A stretch of DNA of 64,000 nucleotides from a virus (Duplodnaviria > Caudoviricetes): the IMG/VR virus record IMGVR_UViG_3300021256_000077, positions 1-64,000 of that record, one strand, 5' to 3'. The notes under the pieces were generated by a model. It saw nothing but the letters and a program-made list of their open reading frames with translations. It did not search any database and had not been told where the DNA came from. The position numbers were made by a program, and so were the translations under genes. Each line of letters opens with the position of its first letter. Within the stretch, counting starts at the first letter, position 1. This document shows positions 1 through 12,800 of the stretch, piece after piece.

Positions 1-620
1 CTCTTCCGAGCTCCGTTTGCCTTACTTCCGCCACCCTCGGCGTGCGCACCTTCTTTCGAAGCGGTCGTGCCAGAACCTTCGGCAAAAGCTCCTTTACCGG
101 ATGCTGTCGTGTTATACCCAAAAGCCGCAGCCTGTGCCTCCGTCGCTTTGGCGTTATAACCTGCCGCTATGGACTGATCGCCCGTTGCCTGTGTCATAAC
201 ACCAAACGCAGCAGACTGTGCCCCGGATGCCGTAACCGCCCCGCCAAATCCAATACTGAAGCTTCCCTTTGTACCCGTCCTGGACGGACTGCTCAGCGTG
301 GTGTCCAGAACCGTGTCCTTCTTCAGAGCATAGTTGTTAAGGTCGGTCTTCAACGCATAGCCGGACAAGTCAACAGCCGTGCTTCCGATGCGCTCATATC
401 CGGTGGTATCGTCCACCCACAGGTATTCGTCGTAGGCATCGTCCTCACCCGTTTCGTTGGCAAGCAGGTAAATCACTCCCGGCGCACCCTTCTCCGGTAG
501 CTCCGTCACCGTATTGAAATGAATCTGAGCCTGACCGCCGATTGCCGCCTCAACCGTATCAATCCGCGCACTCAGCCTTCTATCGCCCTCGAGATAATCA
601 TAAACCTTTGTAACAGCCAT
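1..620 (-). CDS. Tail fibre/adhesin with YadA-like (Hep/Hag-type) repeats, runs off window edge
   Basis: Hand translation from ATG 620: MAVTKVYDY...YDEYLWVD...GYERIGSTAVDLSGY, then ~14-aa repeats (ASGAQSAAFG, ATGDQSIAAG, ASGKGAFAEG, AHAEGG). Absent from the ORF track because there is no stop in the window. Confidence 0.75.
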   Translation of the reverse strand, partial: MAVTKVYDYLEGDRRLSARIDTVEAAIGGQAQIHFNTVTELPEKGAPGVIYLLANETGEDDAYDEYLWVDDTTGYERIGSTAVDLSGYALKTDLNNYALKKDTVLDTTLSSPSRTGTKGSFSIGFGGAVTASGAQSAAFGVMTQATGDQSIAAGYNAKATEAQAAAFGYNTTASGKGAFAEGSGTTASKEGAHAEGGGSKANGARK

Positions 621-636
621 CTCGAACGCACCCCCC

Positions 637-1590
637 TTAATTTGTCACTTCGCTGATTATGAATGCCCCTTCGTTGCTGAACGTCAGGACAAACAGCTTT
701 GTTCCGTCCGATGACTTCACGTAAAGCTCGGTCGGAATGTCGGCGGCTACGTTACCGTTAGAATCTACAATCAGCATGCTTCTGCTCTTGGCTGTCCCCT
801 GCTTAATCGGAACGTAACCCTCCACGGTTTCCTGCACCTGCTCAACCGCGTCCTCCAGATCATCCAGCCTCTTGCCGACATCGCCGGAGGTTGCCGAGCC
901 AAGGGGCTGCCACTTTGAACCGTTCCACAGGTAGGCCACATCGCCCGCCACGGTGTACATATCACCCTTCGCCGCCCCGGTCGGAAGGTTGGAGACAGCC
1001 GCCACATTGCCCTTGAAGGACATTGCTCCGTCCTTGGCCACCTGCGCACCGATGTTCGTCCGCGCCTGCTGTTTCTGCGCTTCGGTCAGTGACTGGCTTG
1101 CATCATAGCGCACATTGCCCGTCACGCTCGTCGCGCCGATGTTGGCCAAAGCCTGATTCTTCTGCGCGGTGGTCAGACTCTGTGCCTTGTCGTAGCGGAT
1201 GACCGGAAGCCCCTGAATCGTGCTGTTGATCTTGGAAGCCGACCATGTGTCCGCAGTTGACGTGCCGTTGTCGTTGATAGCCGGGACGTCAAGTTTGTCG
1301 CGCACATCCGCCGGGTCCATCCAGCTCCAGGTGTCGTCGCCGTTTGCCACCGGAATCTGTCCTTCGGTTGTGCCCGCAGCTGACATGCCACTCGCGTCAA
1401 TCTTGCGGATGGCCTCTCTCAGGCTACTCACATTGTCCTGTAAGTCCTGCCTCAGACCGTCCAGTCCGTTGTTGACCGTCCTCGTCTAGTTGGTGACGTC
1501 CGTTCTGGCCTTTTCATCCTGAATCTCGTACTATACTTCCACGCCCTGTTTGTTGGGCAGGGTCAGTGTCTTCATAACTTTATTTGCCAT
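637..1590 (-). CDS. Tail fibre/baseplate-associated protein, 317 aa with 2 recoded TAG
   Basis: ATG 1590 after GGGGTGAG. TAGs at 1533-1531 and 1488-1486 join into track ORF 637..1431. Repeats RYDKAQSLTTAQKNQALANIGA / RYDASQSLTEAQKQQARTNIGA. Confidence 0.75.
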
Positions 1591-1601
1591 AGACTCACCC
1601 C

Positions 1602-2084
1602 TTACTTCGTCTTCAGGGTTACGTTACCCTGGTTGTCGTCCACGGCATAGATTTTGATCTGACCCACAATCTCCTCAAACGCATCGATCCGTGACTGCAG
1701 CTCGGCCATAAGCGCGTCGAAGGCCGCCGTCTGCTCCGGCGTGTACGTGGTCGTGTCAGGCTTGGCTCTCCTGATAACCGGGATTCGAATCGTATAGCCC
1801 GTGTAGCCGGAAGTGGTGTTCTCGCGGTACACGTAGCACATGATGTTTTCGCCCTCGACAAGCAGGATGTCCGGGATGTCGAAGATCACAGTTTTGCCGG
1901 ATGTGCGGCCAACCGTCTTCAAGGAAAACCCTCGCCCCTCGTTGGCAAAATGGGCATTCCAGAAGCTCAGGTTATCGATCCCGGTCACCGAGATGGAAAT
2001 GCCGTGATCCCACTGATGCACCGGGGCTGTCGTGGCAAATCGGTTTGAATCACCCAGAACGACTTGCGCTCTGACTTCCCCCAT
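1602..2084 (-). CDS. Baseplate upper protein (BppU-like) N-terminal domain protein
   Basis: Position in the tail module; HQWDHG...IPDILL...IPVIRRAKPD pattern typical of BppU-like proteins. Confidence 0.5.
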   Translation of the reverse strand: MGEVRAQVVLGDSNRFATTAPVHQWDHGISISVTGIDNLSFWNAHFANEGRGFSLKTVGRTSGKTVIFDIPDILLVEGENIMCYVYRENTTSGYTGYTIRIPVIRRAKPDTTTYTPEQTAAFDALMAELQSRIDAFEEIVGQIKIYAVDDNQGNVTLKTK

Positions 2085-2097
2085 TGATCACACCCCC

Positions 2098-2301
2098 TTA
2101 AGTCTGGCTGTCAATCCGTGCCTGCGCATACGCCTTGAGTGCGGTGATCTGTTCGAGTACCGCCGGATCAAGCACAATGGAATTGTCTCGCTTGTTATCT
2201 TCCACAACCGTACAGGTTTCCTCATCAATCACGCTGTAGGTGCTGGACATTCGCGTTCCTGCAGCCGTGTCAAAAAACGTCAGTGAAGTAATCTTCTTCA
2301 T
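2098..2301 (-). CDS. Small conserved tail-region protein (67 aa)
   Basis: Track ORF. Its ATG overlaps the TGA of the read-through upstream gene (ATGA at 2301-2298). Confidence 0.7.
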   Translation of the reverse strand: MKKITSLTFFDTAAGTRMSSTYSVIDEETCTVVEDNKRDNSIVLDPAVLEQITALKAYAQARIDSQT

Positions 2302-5300
2302 GGTAAGTACCCTTCTTCCTATCTCTTAATGTAATCGGCGGCATCTTCGCCGTAGTCATGGCTGAATTCCGGGTCGTCAATATCCATGATCCCGTCGTCA
2401 ATGATGTCCGAATCCTTCACGTCAAAATCCGGGCAGTCAAAGCGAATATTTGCGTATCCTTTCTGCGGCCCTTTCAGCTCCCACCCGAAAACAAGTCCGG
2501 GCGTTCCCCGCACGATAAAGTACGTAGGTCTGCGCTCAGCCACATACAGGTCGCCCTCACCATACTTCTGGCAGAACACCTGATAATGCGATTCCTCTAT
2601 GGTCTCCCGGAAGATCGGATCGACAGTAATATAGGCCTCTCCTGTTTCGTCCAGGGCTGCTTCCCCGACGTCGCCGAAAAACGGGGTCGGCGTTTCGTAA
2701 GCACTCAGTCTGACCGAGCCAAAGTCCTTAGTCTCCACCACGCGGTTCTTGGTGCGCGTAACATCGAATGTACCCGTCACCTTTGTATTCCCGTTCAATT
2801 TGATACTGTCCGACGTGATCGTTGTCTCTCCGCGTCCGAGCTGCATGGTCTCGTACCGTCTTGTTGATCGTTGGTAAAAGGTATACATCTGAATGCAGGT
2901 ATAACCCTCAGGCAAAATAATCAGATCGTCCTGGTATCCAATATAACCGCCTGGAAGGATCAGCCTCTTGGCATTTACAGTACCGGATTCATCCACCGTA
3001 AACGCGCTTTTCCATGCCCCGTTGTATGCACCAATGTTGATTGATCCACCGAGAACATTCATCTTGGTAGCAATCATTTCCCCGGCATGAGTCAGAAAAA
3101 ACGAGTCGTCGATCCGTATGGCAATATTACCCTTCAACTTACTTACGGCATCTGCCACGGTATAGTCCATGTAATATTCTTCGACCAGATCGTCATCGCT
3201 ACCACTGGATGGAGGTGTGGGTTTCGGGTAAACGACCCTTCCGTACTCACTATTCGTAAGGGCGAACTGACCGCTCTTGATATAATTACTGCCGATCTCC
3301 CAGCCACCGATCGATCCCTGGATCGTCTCCATGGAACCGTCTTCATTGATCTTGAAATAGTTGTTGGCAGTCACCGCGCCGTTCAGGTTGATATGCTTGG
3401 CAGAAATAGCCGCCGTCTCCGGGGTAACATTGATGGCGGCAATCACGCCGTCCTTTTCAACATACAGTTTCAACGCCGTGTTGCTGCTGATATCCAATTC
3501 CTTACCCACATCAGCCGACAGTCGGCTTGTCACAATACTCCCGGCCTCAATCCTGTCGCCGGAAAGAAAACCTGTAATGATCGCGTCCGCCGTAAATCCT
3601 TCGCCCGTACCAAAGGTTCGCCAGTCCCACTCGCCGTCATCGGTCTTGTCGTTGGCGATCATAAAACCTTCGCCGCAGATTTTCATAGCCCGCAGACCAT
3701 CCGATGAAACGAACATGATATTGCCGTTGTCATCGGTGTACCAGTTGGAAACCGCGCTAAGAAGGCGATTCTTCAGAATGTCGATCTGTCCCTCGAGTCT
3801 GTCCACATACAGCGTACCGTTGCTATTGATGATCTCTGCGCGGTTGTAAACCGAACGCTTCGACTCAAGATCGGACGAAAGCGAACTGATCCGCTGAAGC
3901 ACGGATGACAGGGAGACATTCCCGTTGAACAGGCTTTCGTTGGTGACGGATATCTTATCCTTGTATTCTTCCTCACGCCTCAGATAACGGGTGATCTTAT
4001 CAACATAAACCACCGCATTCACGTTCAGGCGTTCATCATAAAGCCGCACAACGGTGTTTATTGAAAAGTCGTATACGTCGCGGCTCAGATAGTTGCAGAA
4101 ATTTACCCGGCTTACGGTATAGGTAATCTTCGGCCTGCTCATGCTTTCAAGGATTTCCTTCGCGTCCGCAAGCATGGCCTCTTCCTGACCGAGGATGTAG
4201 TTGTTGTCAGACCACTCGCCGTCCCGCAGAAACGGGCCGAGTGCTTTCATGAAATTGGTTTCGATCTCGACCTGTTCTTCCTGAAGGTCAAGCAGAATAT
4301 CCATCTCATGATCCATGGCATACGCTTCTTCACAGGCTTTCAGCGTAAGATCATACTGGCCGTCAGTCTTGGTACGCAGCTCGGCGATCTCCTTGTTCAG
4401 CTCGGCTATCTGAGCTTCGTACATCGCCTGCTTCTCCTTGTTGGTACTGGTTGACTTCCCGTTATTGGTCAGCTTCCTGATCTCACGCTCCAGATTGGCA
4501 ATGGCGTCCTGCTTGGCCAGGATCGCGCTTTCCACCGTCGCAAGCTGTCCGCCGCCACGATTGATGAACTTGATCGCGTACTGGTCATTATACTTGAAGA
4601 ATGTGGACGGTACACCCGAGTATGGAACGTCCTTACTGAACGACCATGTATTCCCGGACTTGCCTACCACCGTAATGATGTCGCCGTTATTTAGTGGCAG
4701 ACGTTCATCCAGCACGCTGCCTGTGGTGATTGTGTCCGTAATAGCCCGGTTTGAAAGCTTGTAGATAACCGCATCGCACACGCCCCACATTGTGACAAGG
4801 CGGTCGCTGTGCCAGTTGACCGCATTCACCTTGGCTTTGATCTGGAAGACTTTGGCCTCAATCTGATTCTTATACGTGGTGAGGGCCTGCTCATGCTTGG
4901 GTTTCCAAAGGCCCTGCTCCTTATAGTAGTCGAAGTTCATCAGGTAGCCGAGGCCGTTGTTCAGGTCATCAATGCCGACGTAACCGTCATCCTCATACGC
5001 GCCGCGCACATACATGCGGGTACATATGTCGTCGCTGTTCACATCCTTGGTGATCGCGCTCAGGTCTTTCCCGATAGCCATTTCCCGGACAGGCCCTTTA
5101 TGGCTCAATGCCCGGACAGCAACAGTATAGTTGTCGCTGTTGAATATCGGGTAGCAGTTGAACAGCGTGCACAGTTCCGAGATCAGGCGGTACACACCCT
5201 GTGCACCCGTAGAACTCAGAGAACGTATTTTCTCAGTCTTGCCATCTTCCTCATACATGATGTCGCTGTTGGCTTCATCCATGGTGAATTCCGTACCGCG

Positions 5301-5720
5301 CAGCACCGACTTGAGCAGGAAGGGCAGCGTACCGATCCCGTTGTCGTCATCAAATTCAAGATAGATATTGCGGGTCTTCAGAATCGAATAATACGGATCA
5401 CAGGAAACCTGCACCGTTGTTCCGTTGCTGTCCCGCTTCCACTTGGGATTGTTGATCCAGAACCACTCGGTGCGGTCTCCCACCCGAAGCCGGATCATGT
5501 ATTCATTCTTCTAGAACTCCCAGCGGTGATTGGACAGGTTCGGGTCTTCCACGTACGGCAGGTTGAACTCAAGCGTCTGCCATCCAGAAATCTCCTGCAT
5601 CCACTTGATATCCTGCGGCGATCCCATCGAATCCAGATAGGAATCGTAGAGTTCGCACACCACTTCACGGTCGAGGTCGGTTATGGCCATCTGCACATGC
5701 GGAAAGTCTTTATAGCCCAT
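2298..5720 (-). CDS. Tal / tail spike (prophage endopeptidase-like) protein with C-terminal chaperone-like domain, 1140 aa with 2 recoded TAG
   Basis: Track ORFs 5511..5720 and 2319..5498 are in frame across TAG 5513-5511 (RWEF*KNEYMIRL). Read-through of TAG 2321-2319 ends at a TGA overlapping the next ATG. Motifs WDWRTFGTGEGFTADAI and YETPTPFFGDVG. Confidence 0.8.
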
Positions 5721-6785
5721 TTACCTCACCCTTCCCGCATAACTGATTTCTATACTGCTGACGGAGCTGTTCTGTGTGGTAATGACGAGTTCGTTCATCA
5801 CGCCGATGATGCAGTCGCTTACCCCGGCGGATGTTAGACGTTCGCTGACCACTGCCTGCCTGAGATCGGAATAGACCTCGGAGATCTTCAGCCATTTGCC
5901 GTCGATGAGGATATACTTGCCCACGTCATCCTTCTGGAACAGCGTCGAGCATGTGATCACGTTGCTGTTTCTTGTGCGGCTGATGCGTACATTCCTGCGG
6001 TATGGCGTGCAGGGTGCAAGCATAATCCATCCCAGATCATGGCACTCGAACGCATAGTCCCCGTTGCTGTTCGTCACTCTCTGGTTCACGCCGTCGAATG
6101 TCAGGCCACCGGAAGGAAGCTTGATGATCTTGCACCTGTCGCTCGTGGTCAGGTTGCGGATCAGGATATGGTCTCCGTCCTTGCTTCCAACCGTCCCCTT
6201 AATAGTGAAGCTGAGTGGCGTCCGGTAGATGCCGGGATTCCAGAGTATCTGCGTTGTATTCTAGCGGTTGGTTATGGTGGGCATCTCGCTTGTCTTCACG
6301 ATGCCGCAGAACCCACCCGCATTATCACTGTCATAAGTATCAAAGCTGTTATATGTCATTTCGCCCCAGGCGTTATACGCCGTCAGCGTTATCTCAATCT
6401 GTCCACCGTACACGGTCTGCCCATCCCATGCCTGCTGAGCCGGATAAATCTGCCCGGTGGCAATCTTGGTAGGCCGCACAAAGTATTTCACCCACGGCTT
6501 GTTGTCAAAGATCAGGTCGCCGCTCGAGTCATACTCCACCCACTGATAGACGCGTTCAATCTCGGCTTCAGTCAGTTGCTCAAAGAAGCATGTAAGCTGG
6601 AAGTCACGCGGCTGAATATTGGTGGCGTGATAGATACCGCCGGGGAATCCGGTCAGCACCGTACTCTGTACCTTGAACTCCGCACCGGGCGACTACAGTT
6701 GCTTCGAGTCCGGCGTGTAGATCAGGCCGAGGTCATCGCAGTGAATCCCGCGATAACTGAAACCTTCTGCGTGTCTCAAGCGCAT
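5721..6785 (-). CDS. Distal tail protein (Dit-like), 354 aa with 2 recoded TAG
   Basis: ATG 6785 after GGAGA: MRLRHAEGFSYRGIHCDDLGL. TAGs at 6695-6693 and 6263-6261 link track ORFs 6261..6659 and 5721..6089. Lies directly after the tape measure. Confidence 0.75.
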
Positions 6786-6807
6786 TTCTCCTTTCCTTCT
6801 TACCTTT

Positions 6808-6840
6808 AAAGGGGAGGGCCGATGAAGACCCTCCCCTATA
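6808..6840 (-). terminator. Hairpin after tape measure gene
   Basis: AGGGGAGGG...CCCTCCCCT inverted repeat with a short T run on the minus strand. Confidence 0.5.
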
Positions 6841-6872
6841 TTTATATGAAATAACTACCCACCTTTTGAGCG

Positions 6873-9800
6873 TCAGCGTTGGATGCGTACGCCACCGATT
6901 GGCATGCCACGATTCATGCGGTCCTTAATGGTGTTCATGAGCTGATCGGCCACTTCCTCGTAGTCGGCATCGGAGCTGAGTGAAGATACCTGAACAATGA
7001 TGTCGCCCTCGAATACGGTGTTGCTTCCACCGCCCGTCATATCCGGAAGGTTGGCAAGCGTCGGCAGGTTTACATTGATGCGGCTGAGTTGTTCAAGAGA
7101 TTCAACCATGGTTTCAAAAAGGCTCGTCTGCTTCGGGTTCAGTACTCGTTCAGGTGCGTTGGCCGTACCGTCGAGCTGAGCCAGACCCGGCACAGTATTC
7201 AGACCACCAGTAGCGTAAGGACTGATTGTACGTCCGCTCTGGATAACCGTCGAACCTGGTGTCTGTATCTGTCCTACGGTAGTTCCGCCTTTGTTCGTTC
7301 CCTTATTCGGCGTCTTCGGCGAGGTCGTACCGGAACTCATGCCATATGCCCTAAGGTTGTTTGTTACCAATGCACTGGCGGAATATGCACCGCTTGCAAG
7401 TCCCTGCAAGTACCGTTCATATGCAGCAGACATTGTTCCGGGACCCCACAGCTTCTTACGTGTTACGGTATCAATGATGTAATACTTACTACCGGACCCT
7501 GAGCTGTCGACTGGCCGAGGATCAACCTTGGGTCCGCTAGTCACCTGGTCAAGCCACTGCTGGCCGTAGTTCGGGTCGCTCCACTTCGCGTTTTCGATTC
7601 CACGATAGTCCGTGTAAGAATAGCTGCCATCTGAACCGACCTTATATCCAAAGGCTTCCCTCTCACTGGTGATGATTTTACTTGCGCCATACCTGCGCTG
7701 CTCAAGAACTCTCTGACATTCTTCTTTTGTTGCAGGGCCGAAGTAAATACCGCCATCATTGGTATCAATGATGTAGAAGTTACTGGCCCCTTTATTTTCC
7801 TCTTCTTTCTTTTCTTCATTCCTATTATTGTTGTTATTGTTGTTATTCCGATGATTACTGCCTCCGCCGCCTGTACCAGTCGAGTTGCTCACCGTTTCGA
7901 CCGCGTTCGCCGCACTATACGCCGAGTTTGCCATATCGTTAAAAGCAGTCTGTGCCGCGTTCGTAAACTCAAGCAACTGCTCGGTCGGGAACAGGTCCTC
8001 ATAAGCGCGGTGCAGATTAGTGATGGTATCCTGCCAGTTGCTCAGGAGTGTCATCTGAGCATAGGAGTCGGCCTCGAGGTATTCGTTCATGTTATCCTTC
8101 AGGAAGTTGATGATGGCCGTATCGCCCTGCTTAATGATCTCCTCGACTTCCTCCCAGTTGGTCTGAATAATGCCGAGGCTTCTGTTCAGAGTATCCGTCC
8201 ATCCGTCGATGTATTCCTTCCGCATGTTCTCGGTCGCAAGCAGGTATTCCTCATCATTGCGCTTCAGCCACTCAAGGATTTCACTCATGGACTGATTCAT
8301 GATTCTTGTGACCTCCGCCGCGAAGTTACGAGGGTCTTTCAACAGATTATTGTAGTAATCCTCGGTGTAGTCGGCATAGTCCTCGAGTTCGTCGATCTGC
8401 TGCTGAATGGATTCCTGCTTGGCCTCGACTTCCTGCTCGGCGGCATCCCACGCCATCTCGGCCTGAAGGTCGCTGATCTGCTGTGCAATATTCTTGGCTT
8501 CCTTCACACGGGTGGGGTCAGCAGAAATACGAGCGTACTGGGTCTGGAGTTCACGTAGTTTCTTCAGGTTGTCTTCGGTCTCCGAACGCTGTTTACGGTC
8601 GCCCAGTTCCTTGGAGAGTGCGGACGATTCATCCTGCAAAGCCTTGATTTTGATTCTCGTGTTCTGAAGGATCTCATCGCGCTCCTTCTCATACCGCCTC
8701 TTGATCAGGCTGATGATCTTTTCTTCGATCTTCTGGGTTGCCTGGAACGCTTCCTGCTCACGCTTGTTACGATCTTCGATGGCCTTATTGATCAGGTTGC
8801 GCAGGTCAGATTCCTGCTTCCAAATCTGGAGTCGGTAATCCTTGATGGCCTGCTGATTCTGCTTGATGCTTTGGGTGTTCTTCATAACAGCTTTGGTGTA
8901 CTCGGCGAACTTCTTCTGGAGTGTGGACAGACGCTTGGTTGCGTTGTCATAGTCCTCCGTACCGATGGACATGTGAGCAAGTTCCTGTTTTACCTTATCG
9001 ATTTCTGCTTCGATCCTCTGCATGTTCTGCTTGAAAACATCTGTCTGAAGCTCGAGCATTTCGTTCTCTCTGGTGAGTGTATTGATAACACCCGTCAGAT
9101 AACCTTCATCTTTCCAGCCCTTTTCGACGATTCCGAGGCGGTCAAGCAGATCCTGAATCTGGTCAACACGCACTTCCAGTTCTTCGAGGAAAGCCGCCTG
9201 ACGTTTGTTCAGGTACTCACGCCACTTCTTTGCGGGGTCTTCGGTTGATTTTGTTGAGGTAGACGAAGAACTCGGAGTGCTTGAACTGCTACCGCCACTG
9301 CCTCTACCACTTCCATAACCGCCATTTCCAATTGAACTGGTATATGTTGTTTTCTTCTTCTTTGATTTCTGAGCAGTCTTTACCTCGATCTCTCCGGTCT
9401 TGCCGTCTTCACTCAGCTTAAGTCCGATCTGCTTCCCGGCTACTTCCATGAGGTTTTCGATCAGCTTTGCCAAATGTGACACTGCTTCATCTGAACTGTT
9501 GGACAGTTCTTTCAAAGACTTCTGCCAGTTCGACGGGTCGATCTTTACCCCGGCAAGTCTCTGCAAGTAATTGAGCAGGAACTGCACGGTTCCGGCCGCA
9601 GCATCCGTATTGGTCATGAGGATAGAGAGTGCGAGTGGCATGTTATTTCCAACCTGACCCGCAGCAATACCAGTAGCCGCAGCAAGGTCTTTCTGGGCCG
9701 CAGTAACACTTTCGCTCTTCTGGCCAGCATGATCACAGAGGAAGGCATATGCTTCCCAACCTGCGTTCAGTGTGTTCAGACTCGTACTTAGTGTACCGCT

Positions 9801-12800
9801 TGCTGTTGTGAATCCGGTCATATCGATCTCAAGATTCTTTACGGCGTCAGCTGTCCCCTTGAGCAGACGATGATGGTTTTCAAGATCCTGACCGTTCAGT
9901 GCCCGAGCCATCAATTCTGCTTCCTTGGCGGCCTCAGAATAACTGGTAGATGTTCCGTGGAGTACACCGATAAGATCGTCACATCCCCTGATCTGCTCAT
10001 CAAAGGAACGTCTTGCATCCACGCTCATCTGGTTGTATTTCTCGATCATGCCGTCAATCTGCGCCTGAGTACCGGAAAGCGTGTTCTGGAACTTTGTGTA
10101 TCCCTCGATCTGATCCTGTATATTGGAACCGCGCACCTGATCAAACATACGGCCTTCTGAGAAATTACCTCCAGAGCGGTCGCCCGCCGTGACGTTCCCT
10201 GCCGTGTCAATACCCATGCCACCTGTTTTGATAAGGTTTTCAAGCAGGGTAATTGTACCCAATATCTTCGGGTCGGTCTCGCCCTCAAGTTTCTCCTTGA
10301 GTTTATCAAGGTAAGTGAGAATGTCATCATCACTGCCTTCTTCACCGAAGATGGGCTACGGATCTTGCCAGTTTTCTTCGTTATACTGTGTCAGCCAGTC
10401 ATTGAATTCTTCCCACAATTCTTTGTTTCCCTCAAGTGCTTCTGCCAGTTTTTCGTTCATCAGTTGCTTGATCAGTTCCATACCTGCTTCGGTTTCAAGG
10501 AGTGCCTCATCAATCCCGAAGAACTTGGCAAGTACGCCCTTGGCGGCTTCCTCATCACTTTCGCTTCCTTCACCATTCTGCAACAGCAGGAACGCATCGT
10601 ACGCCTCGGTAAATGAAGTTGATAATTTTGTAACATCGTCCATGTTCTTCAGGAACGTTCCAAGTGAACTGTTCGTATTATCCAGAGCAGTCGTCATGGC
10701 CACCAAGTATTCGTTAACCTGACCAATTGTATCAATGTTCAGGTTATTCCAGAAGTTCCCAAATTTTTCCCAGTCTTCAGCACTGGTGAATTCTCCGGTC
10801 ATAAGGTCTTTCAGTTCCTGCTTTACTTCATCAGGAAGTTTCATTTTATCGATCAGAGAATTGCGTACATCTTCACCAGTATCCAGCCATTCCTGACGCA
10901 GTTTCTTAAGTTCTTCTTCGGGATTCTCCGCGCCTTCCTTAACTGCATCCTGATAAGACTGCATGGCAGTTTGGAATTCTTCGACAACTGCCCGCGCCGC
11001 CTGGATATCGTCCTTCTTCTTATTGATGAAATCGAAAGTACCGTAACCAAATTTGGCAAGGTTAAAACTGTCTGCATTAACCCCTGCTGTATTCACTTTA
11101 AGGTCATCAGACAACAGCCCCGCTTCACGAAGTTTGTTGACAATTTCAATATATGCATCGATATTCGGAATGAGTTGTCCAAGGTTCTCATCTGCCAGCA
11201 TCTGGACTTTAGTAAGATCATCAGTTTCTGGATTGAGGAATGTATCCCAGTCGAACACTTTACCAATTGATGCAAGCTGTTTGTTTATTTCATCCTGCTT
11301 TTCCTTAGCCATTTCAATAATCTCATCGGCCATGGTCTGATAGACTTCTTCGCTCTGTTTTATTTTCCGCTCGACAGCTTCTTTAAATGCTTTTTCGCCA
11401 TCGTCAGTATCAAGTATGGTTTCAGGAAGCCCAGTCCACTCGAGCAAAGCTTTCTGTGCTGCCGCGCGTCCCTGTTGATCATACAGCCTACCCTGACTGT
11501 TATGAAGCTCTTCGGCATATTTCTCAGCGGGAATCCATGCAGTTTCTGGATCGCCAAAGAACATACCCAGATGATTGCCATATGGATGATCATCATCAAT
11601 GCTGTTAAAGTAGGCGTCAAGCGCTTCTTCCTGAGAGAGTTTCACACCGTCAACGATAGTCGGCAGTAATACTTCCGCGCCGAATTCTTCCAGATAGGTT
11701 GAAAAAGATCTCTCTGTACTGATGCTTCCATCTCTGTTGTAAACGGCTTTTCTGTTATGCAGATCGATAGTTCCACCATACGGACCATATTGTCCGAGAG
11801 GATCATCATACAGATAATGGTATGCGGCAATCGCATCGGTTGTACTCTCTACATCTTTCTTTGCCTGTACAATACCACTTGTCGTAGACGTATTACCAGA
11901 CTTCATACCGTCCAGTATTTTCATTAATTCGTCCAGTGCTTCGTTCGTCGAAATCAACTTACTCGGATCGATTCCGTTGATAATATCTTTGAATGCTTCC
12001 CAGTCAGCTGTATCAAGATTGGCCGGACCCTTGTCGAGAATCATCCACAACTCATCTGGCACATTTTCCATGGTACGATAAGCCGACTTTACAGAATCTT
12101 CCGTGTTTTCCCATTCCTTGGCTAGCTCGATCAAAGCTTCCTCAGTGTCATTCGTGACATCAACCACGTTCTTCAGTCCGAGCATCTTGCCATAATCGGT
12201 TTGGGCTTCCATTATCTTATCGAATTTGCCCGCTTTTATTTCAGCGAGATTCAATGTCTGTTCAAGAACTGTCGCGCTTTCTTTGCCAAGCTCAACGAAT
12301 CCGTTCCGCACAAAGGATATCAGGAGCGTAGTAGCGTCCTGAACAACTTTGTCACCGTTTTTGATTGCCTGTTCAAGGATCTGATTCAGTCCGTCAACGG
12401 TTGTTTTACTGGTGGAAAAATCGATCTCAATACCGTAGTCAGACACCATCCGATTAAACATGGTATAGAAATTCTGAATGGATTTCTTCATTCGTTCCAT
12501 GTTGTCGACCTGGAAAATAAGATTGTACAGCTCCAGTCCTTCGTGTGACTTAAGCTCATCTTCAGCAATTCCCAGCACAGATGCTACCATATTGCGAACT
12601 GCTTCAACCGTTTCTCTGTCTGCGGTTCCGTCTCCAAGCAGCCATGCGAAACCCGCCTGTGCCTGCCCGTATTTCTTTATTTCATCAAGCACTTTGGTAA
12701 AGGACAGACCTTCACCGCCAAGACCAGCCACGGCATCCTGCATGGCCTTCCACTGATTCGGTAATTCCGCATACAGTGTCTTATAGTATTCGTTCACATT

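Noticed and set aside
7822-7852. (TTG/TTA)n microsatellite
   Set aside because: Encodes a poly-Asn low-complexity linker within the tape measure.
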